A program made the position numbers and the translations under genes. Under the pieces are notes generated by a model. That model had not been told where the DNA came from and ran no database searches. It was given only the letters and a program-made list of their open reading frames with translations. From Raja brachyura (Eukaryota): a stretch of 64,000 bases of DNA. Location of the stretch: assembly GCA_963514005.1 (NCBI GenBank), contig OY740793.1, forward strand, positions 20,026,001-20,090,000, written 5' to 3'. The stretch's first letter is position 1. Every line of letters begins with the position of its first letter. Positions 23,888 through 36,353 of this stretch are shown here, piece by piece.

Positions 23888-26039
23888 GTAATGTGGTGGG
23901 AAATGTTATGATTGGGAAAATAATGTTATGTGCACAGAAGGCCCATGCAATACAAAAAATAAATAGTGAATAGATAAATAGTGGATTGGAGGTAGAACAT
24001 GATGAGGAATTTGATTTACTTATCTACAAAATGAAGGATACTAGACAATAAATTGCAGATAGGAATCTGTCTAGGGGATTTCAAAGATTTTATAAATAGA
24101 TTAACAGATGTACCTATGGCCTCTGAATAATACAGAAATATACTTTGCTCCTTCATGCTCAGCAATTGTTGATTTATACTTTAATATGTTGCTTATAGTA
24201 GTTAAAAATAAATTTATGTGTAAGCTGTATCCAGTGCAGAGGCGGGAAATTGATGATGTGTGATTAATCCATCTATGCAATGCCCAGGATTCAAGGGAAA
24301 CAAACAGCCCTTCAGGCAACATGCAGAGCTTAGCATTTATTGAATACTTTCACTATATTATTTTAATCCAGCTATATCTAATGTTAAGAAATGTTATTTT
24401 TATCATGGTGTTTAAATTATTGAATGAATATTTATCCCCCCAATTATTAAAAAACAGAATGTGATCTTAATATGTCTTCTGGACAATCTATTAAACCTCA
24501 CAATCTCCTCTAACAATGCCTTGAATCACTTCACCATCTGACGTGTTTTACATGTTAAAGCATCAGCAAGAGACTGGCTTACTTAGGGATGCCACCTTGA
24601 GCTGATCTGTAATCACTCAGATGGAGGAGAGACTGTCTACGGACAGAGCTGTGGATAATAACATTAATCGTGGAGAGTATGGAACTTGTGCTGTTCTAAC
24701 TTTGAAGTACTTTAGTGGTAGGCGACTAAATATCATAAGCAGATATTAGGAGAAATTAGAAAATTTATGCTTGGCCTTTAAACGCAATAATAGTGTTTTT
24801 AGTGTGATGACAATGGCTCTCATGTTCAGTTTCTCTCAGACTGCATTCAGTTCAAGAGCTTGCATACTAATACATTTTGTCGGACCATGTTGTAAAATGC
24901 AACAGAAATCATGTCAGCATGGTTTGGAAGGATCACCCTCCAGACCAAAGGCATCAGTGAGCAAATTGTTCAATCATTTAGTAATTTCAGGGCACAAATT
25001 AGTCAGATTCTTCTACATGTACTAGACAGTATGGTAAAACAAAGCATGATAATTCATGAATTTACAGCTTCTTAATACATCAAAATTGCATTATTATACA
25101 GTATGTAAACTGAATTCCATCCAACTTTTAAAGGTGTTCAATAACTTAGAATTCACCACAATGTCAGACCTCACGCATGATGGTAAAATCAAGTAATATG
25201 ATTGGTTGAGACACTGGATTGGACAGCGAAACACAAAATGAGTTTAGAAGAAATAAATTACTGTCTCAAGTTTCTTTTAAAATGTTAATTGAATTTTCCA
25301 CTTTTATAAAATACCAATATATCGCAACAATGGATTTGTGGAACCCTTGCTACCCGACTCATGTAACAATGCTTCAGGCATGACTGTGAAATTGCAACAT
25401 CATACAGCAAATTAGGCTTTACCCAGGAGAAATAGTACTGACTCTGACCTTGTGCCCAGCCTAATCCATGTCGTGGCAGAAGTTCCACTGGAGTAAATTG
25501 GTGATTTGCAGAAGCTGAGATGTAGTTTCTGCTCTGTAGACCAGGAACACTAAAAACAATTGTAGATAAACAGGGATCAGCCCAATTATTAGAAGATTTG
25601 AATCAGGCTTGGGATTTTTGTTTGGGGTTTGCATCAGCTTGTCTTCCTAGATTGTCCCCTTGGGTAGACAATGACTCTAATTCTGTAGGTTTTAATGAAG
25701 GTGATAAGTGCAAAATGAGAGGCCAGGTAGGGCAGAAGGTGCTAGATTGGCAGTCAAATGGATAGATTGCTTACTCTGGCTGCATGCTCCTTATGAAGAG
25801 ACTTGAACATCAAGAGTCAAAATAAGAGTGTTTCATTGTCAAAGGCACCGACAACTGTCCCTGTAAGTGCAATGCACACAGATTAATATAATGATCTTAA
25901 AAGTTTTGAGAAATTAATAATTGTAATACTAGTGCAAAAAAAGTATAATATTTGTGCAATCTCCTCCTTAAATATACCCAATGTCCTGGCCTCCTCATGG
26001 CACAGTCCATAGCAATTCATAATTGCTGAGGTTAGTGTT

Positions 26040-26272
26040 AGAAACATAGAAACATAGAAATTAGGTGCAGGAGTAGGCCATTCGGCCCTTTGAGCCTGCA
26101 CCGCCATTCAAGATGATCATGGCTGATCATCCAACTCAGTATCCCGTACCTGCCTTCTCTCCATACCCTCTGATCCCCTTAGCCACAAGGGCAACATCTA
26201 ACTCCCTCTTAAATATAGCCAATGAACTGGCCTCAGCTTCCCTCTGGCAGAGAGTTCCAGAGACCCACTCTG
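26040..26272 (-). mobile_element. Short CR1 3' end, followed by a Rex-type fragment to about 26450
   Basis: Nearly identical to 2625-2865; (GAAACATA)n tail. Confidence 0.9.
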
Positions 26273-26974
26273 TGTTCTGTAGCATTCAAGGACCTGATGG
26301 TTGCTGGGCAGGAGATGTTCTTGAACCTGGTTGGAACAGTTTTCAAGCTCCTGTACTTTCTTCCCAATGGTAGGAACAGAATTATTGCGTGGTCAGGTGA
26401 TGTGGGTTTTCATGATATTGACTACCTTTTTGAGGCAGTGCCTTTTAGAGATCCCTTCCCAAAGATCACATCAGTTTACATTAAAGAAGCTTGGCGCAAC
26501 TGTTTTTCCTTGTCTTAATAATGTTTAGAAGTAATAAGCCTTGTGATTTTTTTTTTGCCCCTCACTAACTGGAGAACAGAGATCAAGACGGTGTTCTGCC
26601 ACCATCACTGTGAACATCGGATTCAGTGCAGGTGCCTAACTTTGACCTTCAAATCAGGGACCTTGTCTAGGAGACTAAGTTTTACGTGACATTAATGCAC
26701 AGTGTATAGCAGCAGCTTCTATTTATATTACACTTTAATATATTAAAGTGCCAATGCATTTTTGAAGCTGCATCAAACTAAAGTGGTGCCAAGTCAAAGA
26801 TGGAAATATTAGAGTGCATGAATTTATCCCCCGTTTCCTTTGCCGTATTTTTATTCTAATGCAGTAAAGAATCATCAAAATTCATAATTATATTAATTCA
26901 ATTTAATAAATATAATGTCAGAAATATTGCAATGATGAGGTCATGCTAAAATTATAAGGAACACTTGTTTCGAC

Positions 26975-27266
26975 TTTAGAGATACAGTGCAGAAACAGCC
27001 CCTTCGGCCCGGTGAGTCTGCACAGACCAGCGATCATCACGTACACTAACCGACACACGAGGGACAATTTTACAACTTGCCAAAACCAATTAACCTACGA
27101 ACCTGCACATCTTTGGAGTGTGGGAGGAACTGGAGCACCCAGAGAAAACCCACGTGGTCACAGGGAGGACGTATAAATGCTGTACAGACAGCACCCATAG
27201 ACAGGATTGAATGTGGCTCTTTGGTGCAGTAAGGCAGCCACACTACCACTGCACCACCGTGCTACC
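26975..27266 (-). mobile_element. V-SINE (HE1-like)
   Basis: The reverse complement has the tRNA-like head (GCACGGTGGTGCAGTGGTAG), the conserved central domain and the LINE-derived tail GGGCCGAAGGG...GTATCTCTAAA. Confidence 0.85.
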
Positions 27267-27399
27267 CTCTTGGGCTGTATCTAGAACATTGTACCTGGAA
27301 AGATTGTCTGGTCCCTGGAGAGTGGGCAATTTATTAAACATAAGTGTGGAAATGCATTTGGAAAGGGGTTCCAAGATCCAGACCCAGTGACGATGAATG

Positions 27400-28930
27400 A
27401 TCGGCTTTATATTTTTAGATAAGGATGATAAGTGACTTGAAAAGGATCCTACAAGGAGTTCCAATATTGTTCTGATCATCTTGCTGGTTTTGTCCTTCTG
27501 AATGGTAGAATATACCATTGGAGCAGCCAGGGTGAGTAACTGCAGTGCATTTTGTCGAGGATAGACACTGTGGCCACACTGCACAGATGATGGTGGAAAT
27601 AAATGCACACGGTGATGTGTGCGGGAGTTTGTTGTGAACGATGTTGAGCTTCTTGAGTGTTATCGGTGGTGTATTTATCCATGCTAGTGAAGAGTATTCA
27701 ATCAATGTTCCTGACGTGAGCCTTGTGGATGGTGGTAATGCTCAATGGTGTCAGAAGATGAGTCACCCATCATCGAACACCCAGCCGCAATTTCCAGTTC
27801 AATTTCTTGCCCAATGTGCCCTCAGGCTGTTGATGGTGGGGGATGTGGGTGATGGTAATGCCCTTGAATAGGTGGACACTTGGTTGTTGGATCTGAGTTT
27901 CCGGTGTTACTAATCACTGATCAGCCATGCTTGAAACTTTTCGAGCTACTGCCCAGTGCAGATGCAGTCTGCTTCATTTTCTGATGAGAGTAGAATTACA
28001 TTTTGTGCAATCGTCAACAAATATTCATCATTTCTGATCCAATGATGGAAGGAAAGTCACCGATAATCCAACTGAAGATGATTGGACCTGTGACACTGCA
28101 GCAGGCACCTAGTCTACAATTGTTGATTTCTAAAAGCTGCAACTACTGTTTATTCCTCTGTTCAAAGTATGACCCCATTCATTGGAGAGTTTTCCTCTGT
28201 TAGACTACTAAATTTGCCTTTATAATGGCCCCTTGATGCCATGCTTGGTCCAATGCTGCCTTCATAAAGTCATAAGGAATAGGAGTAGAATTAGGCCATT
28301 CGGCCCATCAAGTGTACTCCGCCATTCAATCACGGCTGATCTATCTTTTCCTCCTAGCCCCATTCTCCTGCCTTCTCCCCTTCTGACACCTGTGCTAATC
28401 AAGAATCTATCTATCTCTGCCTTAAAAATATCCACTGATGGCCTCTACAGCCTTCTGTGGCAAAGAATTCCACAGATTCACCACCCTCTGCCTATAGAAA
28501 TTTCTCCTCATCTCCTTCCTAAAAGAACGTACATTAATTCTGAGGCTATGACCTGTAGTCATGGGCTCTCCCACTAATGGAAATTTGATGTCAAGGGTAG
28601 TCATTATCTTCTCAATTCAGCTCTTTGGACCATGTTTATGCAAAGGCGCTATGTAGTCAGGAGCATGGTCATTCTGAAAAGATCTAAACTGAGCATGGTA
28701 ATTACAGTATGTTTTATGCACAGCTCAAAAACATTGTTGAGAACAATTCCCATCACTGTTAATGATTGATAGAAAACCTATTGACGATAATTAACTGTAT
28801 TGGATCAGTCTTGCTTTTTGTGAACGACATATAACTGGCAACTTTTCCGCATTGTTGGATGGATGCCCGTGTTGTAGTTGTACAGGAATAGCTGGGCTAG
28901 AGATGTAGCTAGCTCTGTAATGCAAGTCTT
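27400..28930 (-). mobile_element. Old CR1/L2-like LINE fragment interrupted by a younger CR1 (28265-28585)
   Basis: ORF 27415-27705 (IEYSSLAW...TLKKL) resembles an RT C-terminus. The nested CR1 encodes FPLVGEPMTTGHSLRI...VVNLWNSLPQKAVEA. Confidence 0.55.
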
Positions 28931-29002
28931 CCATTACAAAAAAACAATCAAAAACAAGGTGGCATGATGGTGCATAGGTAGACCCGGGTTTGATCCTGAC
29001 TA

Positions 29003-30757
29003 CGGTGCATTCAGAAAGTATTCAGACCCCTTTGCGAAGACAGGTGTTTAGAAATTTTTGCAAATTAATTAAAAATAAATAAATTAAATATCACATTTAT
29101 ATAAGTATTCGGATCCTTTGCTATGACACTCAAAATTTAGCAAAATTGTCCATAGACCTCCTGGGCAGGATTGTGTCAAGACACTGATCTGGGGAAGGGT
29201 ATAGAAACATAGAAACATAGAAAATTGGTGCAGGAGTACGCCATTCGGCCCTTCGAGCCTGCACCGCCATTCAATGTGATCATGGCTGATCATCCAACTC
29301 AGTATCCCGTACCTGCCTTCTCTCCATACCCCCTGATCCCTTTAGCCACAAGTGCCACATCTAACGCCCTCTTAAATATAGCCAATGAACTGGCCTCAAC
29401 TACCTTCTGTGGCAGAGAATTCCAGAGACTCACGACTCTCTGTGTAAAGAATGTTTTCCTCATTTTGGTCCTAAAGGAATTCCCCCTTATCCTTAGACTG
29501 TGACCCCTTGTTCTGGACTCCATCAGCATCGGGAACAATCTTCCAGCATCTAGCTTGTCCAACCCCTTAAGAATTTTGTAAGTTTCTATAAGACCCCCCT
29601 CAATCTTCTAAATTCCAGCGAGTATAAAACAATTTCTGCAGCATTGCAGGTCCCAAAGACCTCCATCATTCTTAAATGGAATAATTTTGGAACCACCAGG
29701 ACTCTTCATAGAGTTGGCCGCCTGGCCAAACTGAGCAATCAGGGGAAAATGGGCCTTGGTCAGGGAGGTGACCAAGAACCCGATGATCACTCTGACAGAG
29801 CTCCAGAGTTCCTCTGTGGAGATGGGAGAACCTTCCAGAAGGATAACTATATCTGCAGCACTCCACCAATCAGACCGTTATGGTAGAGTGGCCAGACGGA
29901 AGCCACTCCTCAGTAAAAGGCACATGACAGCTCAATTGGAGTTTGCCAAAAGGCAACTAAAGGACTCTCAGACCATGAGAAACAAGATTCTCCTGTCTGA
30001 TGAAACCAAGATTGAACGCTTTGGCCTGAATGCCAAGCGTCATGTCTGGAGGAAACCAGGCACTGCTCATCACCCGGCCAATACCATACCTATGGTGAAG
30101 CATAGTGGTGATTTTCAGCGGCAGGAAATGGAAGACTAGTCAGGATCGATGGGAAAGATGAACAGAGCAAAGTATAGAGAGATCCTTGATGAAAACCTGC
30201 TCCAGACGTCTGGACCTCAGACTGGGGAGGAGGTTCATCTTCCAATAGGTCAATGACCCTAAGCACACAGCCAAGACAACGCAGGAGTGGTTTCGTGACA
30301 AGTCTGTGAATGTCCTTGAGTAGCCCAGCGAGAGCCCGGACTTGAACCTGATCGAACATCTCTGGAGGGACCGGAAAATAGCTGGGCATCAACCCTCCCC
30401 ATCCGACCTGACAGAGCTTGAGAGGATCTGCAGAGAAGAATGGGAGAAATTACCCAAATGCAGGTGTGCCAAGCTTGTAGCGTCATACCCAAGAAGCCTT
30501 GAGGCTGTAATCGCTGCCAAAGGTGCCTCAACAAAGTACTGGGTAAAAGGTTTGAATACTTATGCAAATGTGATATTTCAGTTATTTGTTTTTAATTACT
30601 TTGCAAAAATTTCAAAACACCTGTTTTCGTTTTTTTATTATGGGGTATTGTGTGTATATTGATGATGAAAAAAAAATTTAATCCATTTCAGAATAATGTT
30701 GTAATGTAACAAAATGTGGATCAAGTGAAGGGGCCTGAATACTTTCTGAATGCACTA
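29003..30757 (+). mobile_element. Tc1/mariner (DD34E) transposon, decayed
   Basis: TIRs CGGTGCATTCAGAAAGTATTCAGACCCCTT and AAGGGGCCTGAATACTTTCTGAATGCACTA; TA TSD at 29001-29002 and 30758-30759. Transposase motifs ARRKPLL, SDETKIE, NDPKH and SPDLNLIEHLW. Confidence 0.95.
29201..29628 (-). mobile_element. CR1 3' fragment nested in the Tc1 transposase
   Basis: ORF 29299-29562 with a (GAAACATA)n tail. Tc1 coding sequence resumes after it (ISAAL.VPK). Confidence 0.93.
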
Positions 30758-31427
30758 TATGAGTGCTATCTGTATCGAGTTTGTACGTTCTCCCTGTGAC
30801 TGCGTTGGTTTTCTCCTTGAGCTCTCGTTTCTTCTCACACTCTCCTAAGACGTTAATTGACTTTGGTAAAATTGTAAATTGTCCCTAGTGTGTAGGATAC
30901 TGTTCTTGTGTGGGGATCGCTGGTTGGCGCTGACTCGGTGGGTCGAAGTATCTGTTTTTTGCGCTGTATCTGCAAACTAAACTAAAGTAAAAATGGGGAT
31001 AAGTATAGAAAAATGGGGATGCAAAAAAGGTGAAGACAGAAAAAACCTGGGAACATCCAATGTGTCAGGAAAAACAAGCAGAATTAAATACCCTTCATCA
31101 GATCTGGAAAAGTGAGAAACAAGCTATTTTAATGTTGCAGCGAGGTGGAGGGAGGGAATAATAGGACGAGAGAATGTCTCTGATCGAGTGAGGCAGGATT
31201 GCTATGGCAACACTCTGTCTTTGAAGCTGTCTGGTTGACGGATTAATGAGGGTGGTTAGAGAGAGAGAAAGCAAACAAAGTGACATGTTAAAGGTGTGAA
31301 ACGCAGGTCAGAGCTGTTGCAGAGATCTGAAATGAAAGGGAGGCGAGCACTGGAAATATCCAGCAGATCAGAAACTTCTGTGGATAGAGAAACCAAAACT
31401 TGATTTAATCTTGCTGATGCATAACCT

Positions 31428-33914
31428 TTTGGCGAGTTGAGAGTGTGAGTTAATTCAACGACGGTAGGGAGAAAGTTCCCCGGCACCCGCAGGGCCGGCG
31501 GAGGAAGCAGCCAAGTCTTCTTTGGGGGTGGTGCTGATCCCGACTAGCACCCACGGCAACTGATCCACCCGGTCCGGCCCGTGAGCCGAACCTTCAATGC
31601 CGGCTTGAGGTGGCGGTGAAAGCGCTCAACGAGCCCGTTGGCCTGTGAGTGGTAGGCGGTCGTGTGATGTAACCATGCCCTGTAGAGCTGAGCGAGGGAA
31701 GACCATAAAGCGGAAGTGAATTGGGCCCCCGGTCGGTGGAGATATCCGATGGGACCCCGAACCGGGCAGGCCGCGGTGGAGGTGTCCGAGAGCGGGATAG
31801 CCTCCGGCGACCTGGTGAAACAGTCCACGATGGTGAGTAAATTAATGGCGCCGCAGGATGTCGGCAACGGGCCCACCAGGTCAATGTGGATGTGCAGGAA
31901 ACGGCCCGCGGAACGTCAAAATCCTGCACCGGGGGCCGCACGTGCCGCTGGACCTTGGAGGTATGACAGGGAAGGTAGGCGCGGACCCAGGCCGCCACCA
32001 GCTTGCGGAGACCGTGCCAAACAAACTTGCCCACCACCAGCGCGGAGGTCGCCCGTATGGACGGGTGGGCCAGACCGTGAATGGAGTCAAAGATCCGGCG
32101 ATGCCAACTGATGGGGACAATCGGGTGAGGTCGACCAGTGGAGACATCGCAAAAGAGCACCGTGCCCGAGGCTCCACACGGGAGGCCAGAAACAGCAGTG
32201 CGGTAGTCCGCCATCCGTGCTGAACGTCCGTGTTGAACTCCAATATGTATGCAAGGGGCTGCTGCTGTCGGTCGGGTAGCGGTTCACAGTTGTCATGGCG
32301 TTCAGATGCCAATAGTCCCCACATGGTCTCCACCCCCAGATGCTTTGGGGACCATGTGTAGTGGGGATTCCCAAGGGCTGTCCGAGTGCTGGATGATCCC
32401 CATGCCCTCCATGAGCTGGAACTCCTCCCGGGCGATGCACAGCTTGTCCGGTGGAAGACGACGCGCCCGGGCGTGTACCGGAGGGCCCACGGTGGGGATT
32501 GGATGGACAACCTCGTGCTTGGGGGCTGCCGCTTTGAAATGGGGAGTGAGGACCTCAGGGAAATCGGTGAGAAGGGAGGCATAGGGGCCATCGGCCTTGG
32601 CGACGGCGCTGAGCTGCGCGTTGGGTGGGGGCGGGAGCCGCAGATTCATGTGCCTGCCCCGCACATTGACTAGGAAGGAAAAAACCCGCAGGAAGTCAGC
32701 ACCCAGGAGCGGCTGTGCGACGTTGGCCACGATGAACGTCCACTCATGTGGGCGGGAGTCGAAAGAGAGCGAGAACGCGTGTCGTATGTGCGGTTGGTGC
32801 TCTTATTAACGGCCGTGAGTACTGGGCCCCGCTTACCATCACGGGTGTTGTGTCCGGAGTCGACGAGGAAGCGTCTGCTGGAATGATGGCACCGTCGTAG
32901 AGGCGGTTGTTTGTGCCGATTGTGATCGCCTCTACGGAACAGCCGAGCCATTTCCCTGAAAAGAGCAGGGTTGACGGCAGCGTCGAGCCTCAGCGCCCCA
33001 GCAGAGGCGGTAGAAGCACCATTTGTGCTTACCCCGGTCCCTGGCATGTGGTTGTGGCTCTGCGATGGAAGCCGTGGGTGGGGCGTTGCCACGGTCCCGC
33101 TGAGGCGACTGGCGGGCTGGCGCGAAAACACAGCTGATGGAGCCGCCATCTTGCTGTTTTGCCAGCCAGAGTTCGTCGGCCCTCTCGGCGAGCTGTATAG
33201 GGTCGGTGAAATCAGCGTTGGCGAGTATGAGGCGGATGTTGTCAGGCATCTGCTCTAAGAACACCTGTTCAAAGAGCAGACACGGGCAATGGCCGTCCAT
33301 CAGGGCAAGCATTTTAGCCATCAATGCGGATGGCTTGCGATTGCCCAACTCGTCCAAGTGTAAGAGGCGGGCGGCGCGGTCTGAACGGCTGAGCCCGAAT
33401 GTGTGGAGAAGGAGGGCTCTGAGGCCTTCGTACTTAGCATGTGCCGGCTGGTTTTGTAGGAAGGGCAGTAGCTGCGAAGCCGTCTCTTGTGTGAGCGCGC
33501 CGACGACTTGGAAGTATTTGGTGTCGTCCACCACGATGTTGCGGATGTGGAACTGCGCTTTCACGTGGACGAACCAAACCTGTGGCTGTTCGGCTCAGAA
33601 CACCGGCAACTTGATTGGAGAACACCGGCAGCCAACGGCATTCTGCTGAGCGTCGGGAACAACGGTGGCGTGCACGCTCGGCGTCCAATATATGATTGGA
33701 CGCGTCGGGGTCACAAGTTTGGCGAGTCGAGACAGTGAGTTAATTCAACGGGTTTTATTTTGAATGGTAAAACAATGAATAAACGCGAGTCGATAAGACA
33801 GCCAACGAAACGATGTTGCATCCACAAGTGTGCTTTGCAAAAGCGCGCAAATTACGTTCCCTGCGCCCACGTGATGGGTTTGACCACCGCAAGGCACCAG
33901 CAGGTGCCGCTAAA
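31428..33914 (-). mobile_element. Decayed Ty3/Gypsy retrotransposon, CsRn1-like
   Basis: 5' LTR 33718-33914; tRNA-Trp-like PBS about 33700-33716 (TTGTGACCCCGACGCG); gag, protease (FLVDSG), RT start (SDSPWESPLHMVPK) and integrase (HGLAHPS, HHTTAYHSQANGLVERFHR); last 33 bp of the 3' LTR at 31428-31460; ACCT TSD. Confidence 0.93.
32932..33620 (-). pseudogene. Gypsy gag (CsRn1-type)
   Basis: PQVWFVHVKAQF...DDTKY...LGNRKPSALM...ADEL plus a degenerate CHCC knuckle (CFYRLCWGAEARRCRQPC). Confidence 0.85.
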
Positions 33915-34067
33915 ACCTAATAGTAGAATTGGCCAGTCCTGGTATAGACTGAAAATTACAGCTAAAATAGTTGCATTTTATTAAGTCCCAAAGCTGAACC
34001 CTGTCCAGGAAAATGAGGTATTGTTCCCAGGATTTCTAAGTAACCCCAGGGACAGTATTCATACCAC

Positions 34068-34240
34068 TGAATTTTCCAATTTCAGGATGTTTGCCTCCCA
34101 CATTCATTCTCCTGACCACAGGGTCTCGACCCGAAACGTCGCCTATCTCCTTCACTCCTTAGATGCTGCTGCACCCGCTGAGTTTCTCCAGCTTTTTGTG
34201 TAACCCTCGATTCTCCAGCATCTGCAGTTCCTTCTTTAAC
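34068..34240 (+). mobile_element. Penelope-like 3' end fragment
   Basis: EFSNFR-coding end, AGGGTCTCGACCCGAAACGTC half-hammerhead and the shared arm. Confidence 0.7.
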
Positions 34241-34519
34241 ACATATTCTTCTCTCTTTGTTCACCTCTCCCACCTGGTCTTCATCCTGTCGCCCTCTGCT
34301 TCCACTAGCTCCAACCAGTCTCTAACCACCTTCTTCCCCACCACAATATGCTGGCAAATTTCTTCTTGATCCCCTCTCAGTCCTGATGCAGGGTATTAAT
34401 CCAATGCGTTAACTTGCGTCTTTTGCCTCCACAGATGTTGCTTTACCCATTGAGTTCTTACAGTATCCTGATTCTAGGATTTAGTTTAAAATAAACTAAA
34501 TTAGTTCAATCCTAGAATC

Positions 34520-34808
34520 AGGATACTGTGTGGAAACTGGTTCTTTGGCCCACCAAGTCCCGCCAGCCAGCGATCTCTGTAAACTAGCACTATCCTACGC
34601 ACACTAGGGCCAATTTAACAATTTTTACCGAAGCCAATTAACTACAAACCTGTACATCTTTGGAATGTGGGAAGAAACCGGAGCACCTGGAGACAATCCA
34701 TGCAGAGAATCTACAAACTCCGTGTAGACAGCACCCGTGGTCAGGATCGAACCTGGGTCTCTGGCGCTGTAAGACAGCAACTCTCCCGCTGAGCTACTGT
34801 GCTGCCGC
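34520..34808 (-). mobile_element. V-SINE (HE1-like)
   Basis: Full head-body-tail match to the other SINE copies. Confidence 0.85.
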
Positions 34809-35689
34809 TAAGTTGTGATGTTTCTCCACCCAGATTCTCTGAATTGACATATAAAGAATGCATTTACTCCACAGCTAATAGTTGCATTGAAGAAGAAACA
34901 TTTAAGGTGCGCAGTCACTATCTAATGTTGCTGGTCGTTTAATGCATTACTTTTGTTTACCTGGCACCATCTGTACAATTACAATGCTTGTCTGACTGCA
35001 GACAAATTCAGGCTATTAGGTGTTGGCTTGTGTGAGTGCAATACTGCAATCTGTCAAACTATGTGAAGGAAATGTTCAGTCTGTGCAACACATACAGCAT
35101 TCTCACAATGTAGGTGCTTTATTGGAACTTACATGTCTGGTCTATGATCGTGCAGTTATCAGAATGTTGGCCTAGTAACATAGTCATCGCTGGTAATTCA
35201 GGATTAACCACAGTATCCTACAGTTTCACATTGGCACATTTGATCAGGCAAATTATTTTTGTCATCACCTGGGAGATAATATTCTCTAGTAGTAAGTTTG
35301 CACAATTTTTTATAGCCATTAAAGTAGTACATATTGGAACTAAAACGGAAAATGTTGGGAAAACCCAGCAGGTCAGGCAACAACTGTGGGAAGAGAAAAA
35401 GGGTTAACATTTCAGGTCCAACACACTTCCTCCGAACTGAAAAGGAGACAGGAGAAGCCAGGTAAACAGCAGGGTGGATGGGTGATGTCCCTGAAGCAGG
35501 GTGGCAGAGGAGATAAGCTGTAAATAGGGTTACTTGGTCAACGAGTGAATGGGTGAAGTTGGAGGATGAGAATATAGCCAAAGGAACGTGATCAAAATCA
35601 AGTGGGAGTTATGAAATTCAGAGCTGGTAGGTTAGACTGGGCATGTTCTCCAATCCCAGAGAAAGAGAGAGAACACAAATAAACTGAGG

Positions 35690-36353
35690 CAATGTGAAAA
35701 ATATACATCTTCTGGATGAGCTGGGACGCATCCTCAGTGATGTGACCTGGGGTCATCGGGTGTTTCGGGTCTCACAACATCAGACAAACCTCCCGCCCAG
35801 GCGACCCAGCCGGGGTTGATCAGGCCCCGACTTGCGTCCCAGCAGCAACCGCCAATGGATCAGCCATCTTAATAACCACTCTGCAGGGGTTGGGAGACTC
35901 TAGTGCGTGGAGGGACTGGGCTCTGTGGGGTGACTCCCGGCCGGGCTCCTCCTGCGTCTCACCAGGTTCAAGGCCTGTGCGCCGCACCTCTTTCTCCTTC
36001 TCCGAGCATTTCATTCTCGCCTGATGGATGTTTAGGTCACGATGGTTCATTAGGCTTTTCCGTAACTTTGTTGGGTGTCTTTCTCACAAAAGACACAGAC
36101 TGGGGTGCTAACCCAGCCTTTCCCGGGTGCCGTCTTTCCGTGCCGTCAACTGTCTCTCCAACAGTCACCAAACTATTCTTGGTTGTCACCCAGTCTATTC
36201 CTAGGTGCCACTGGCTGAGCCAGACTTCAATGTGAACAATATACATCTTCTAGATGCGCTGGGACGCATCCTCAGTGATGTGACCAGGGGTCATCGGGCG
36301 TTTTGGGTCTCACAACATCAGACACCCTCACCCAGGCGACCCAGCTGGGGTTG
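35690..36353 (-). mobile_element. Internally deleted HERO-like (RLE-type) non-LTR element with duplicated 3' UTR
   Basis: The N-terminal zinc-finger remnant NHRDLNIHQARMKC...GETQEEPGRESPHRAQSLH is fused to the C-terminal IKMADPLAVAAGTQVGA*. Direct repeats at 35690-35818 and 36228-36353. Family assignment is from recalled motifs. Confidence 0.65.

Larger units (their letters stand above)
28958..30985 (+). mobile_element. V-SINE split by the Tc1 insertion
   Basis: The head ...GACCCGGGTTTGATCCTGACTA (to 29002) resumes at 30758 as TATGAGTGCTATCTGTATCGAGTTTGTACG and runs to the tail at about 30985. Confidence 0.8.

Noticed and set aside
35750-35790. Hammerhead ribozyme in the HERO-like 3' UTR (CTGATG...GAAAC on the minus strand)
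   Set aside because: The box reads CTGATGT rather than CUGANGA, and there is no stem II or UH site.
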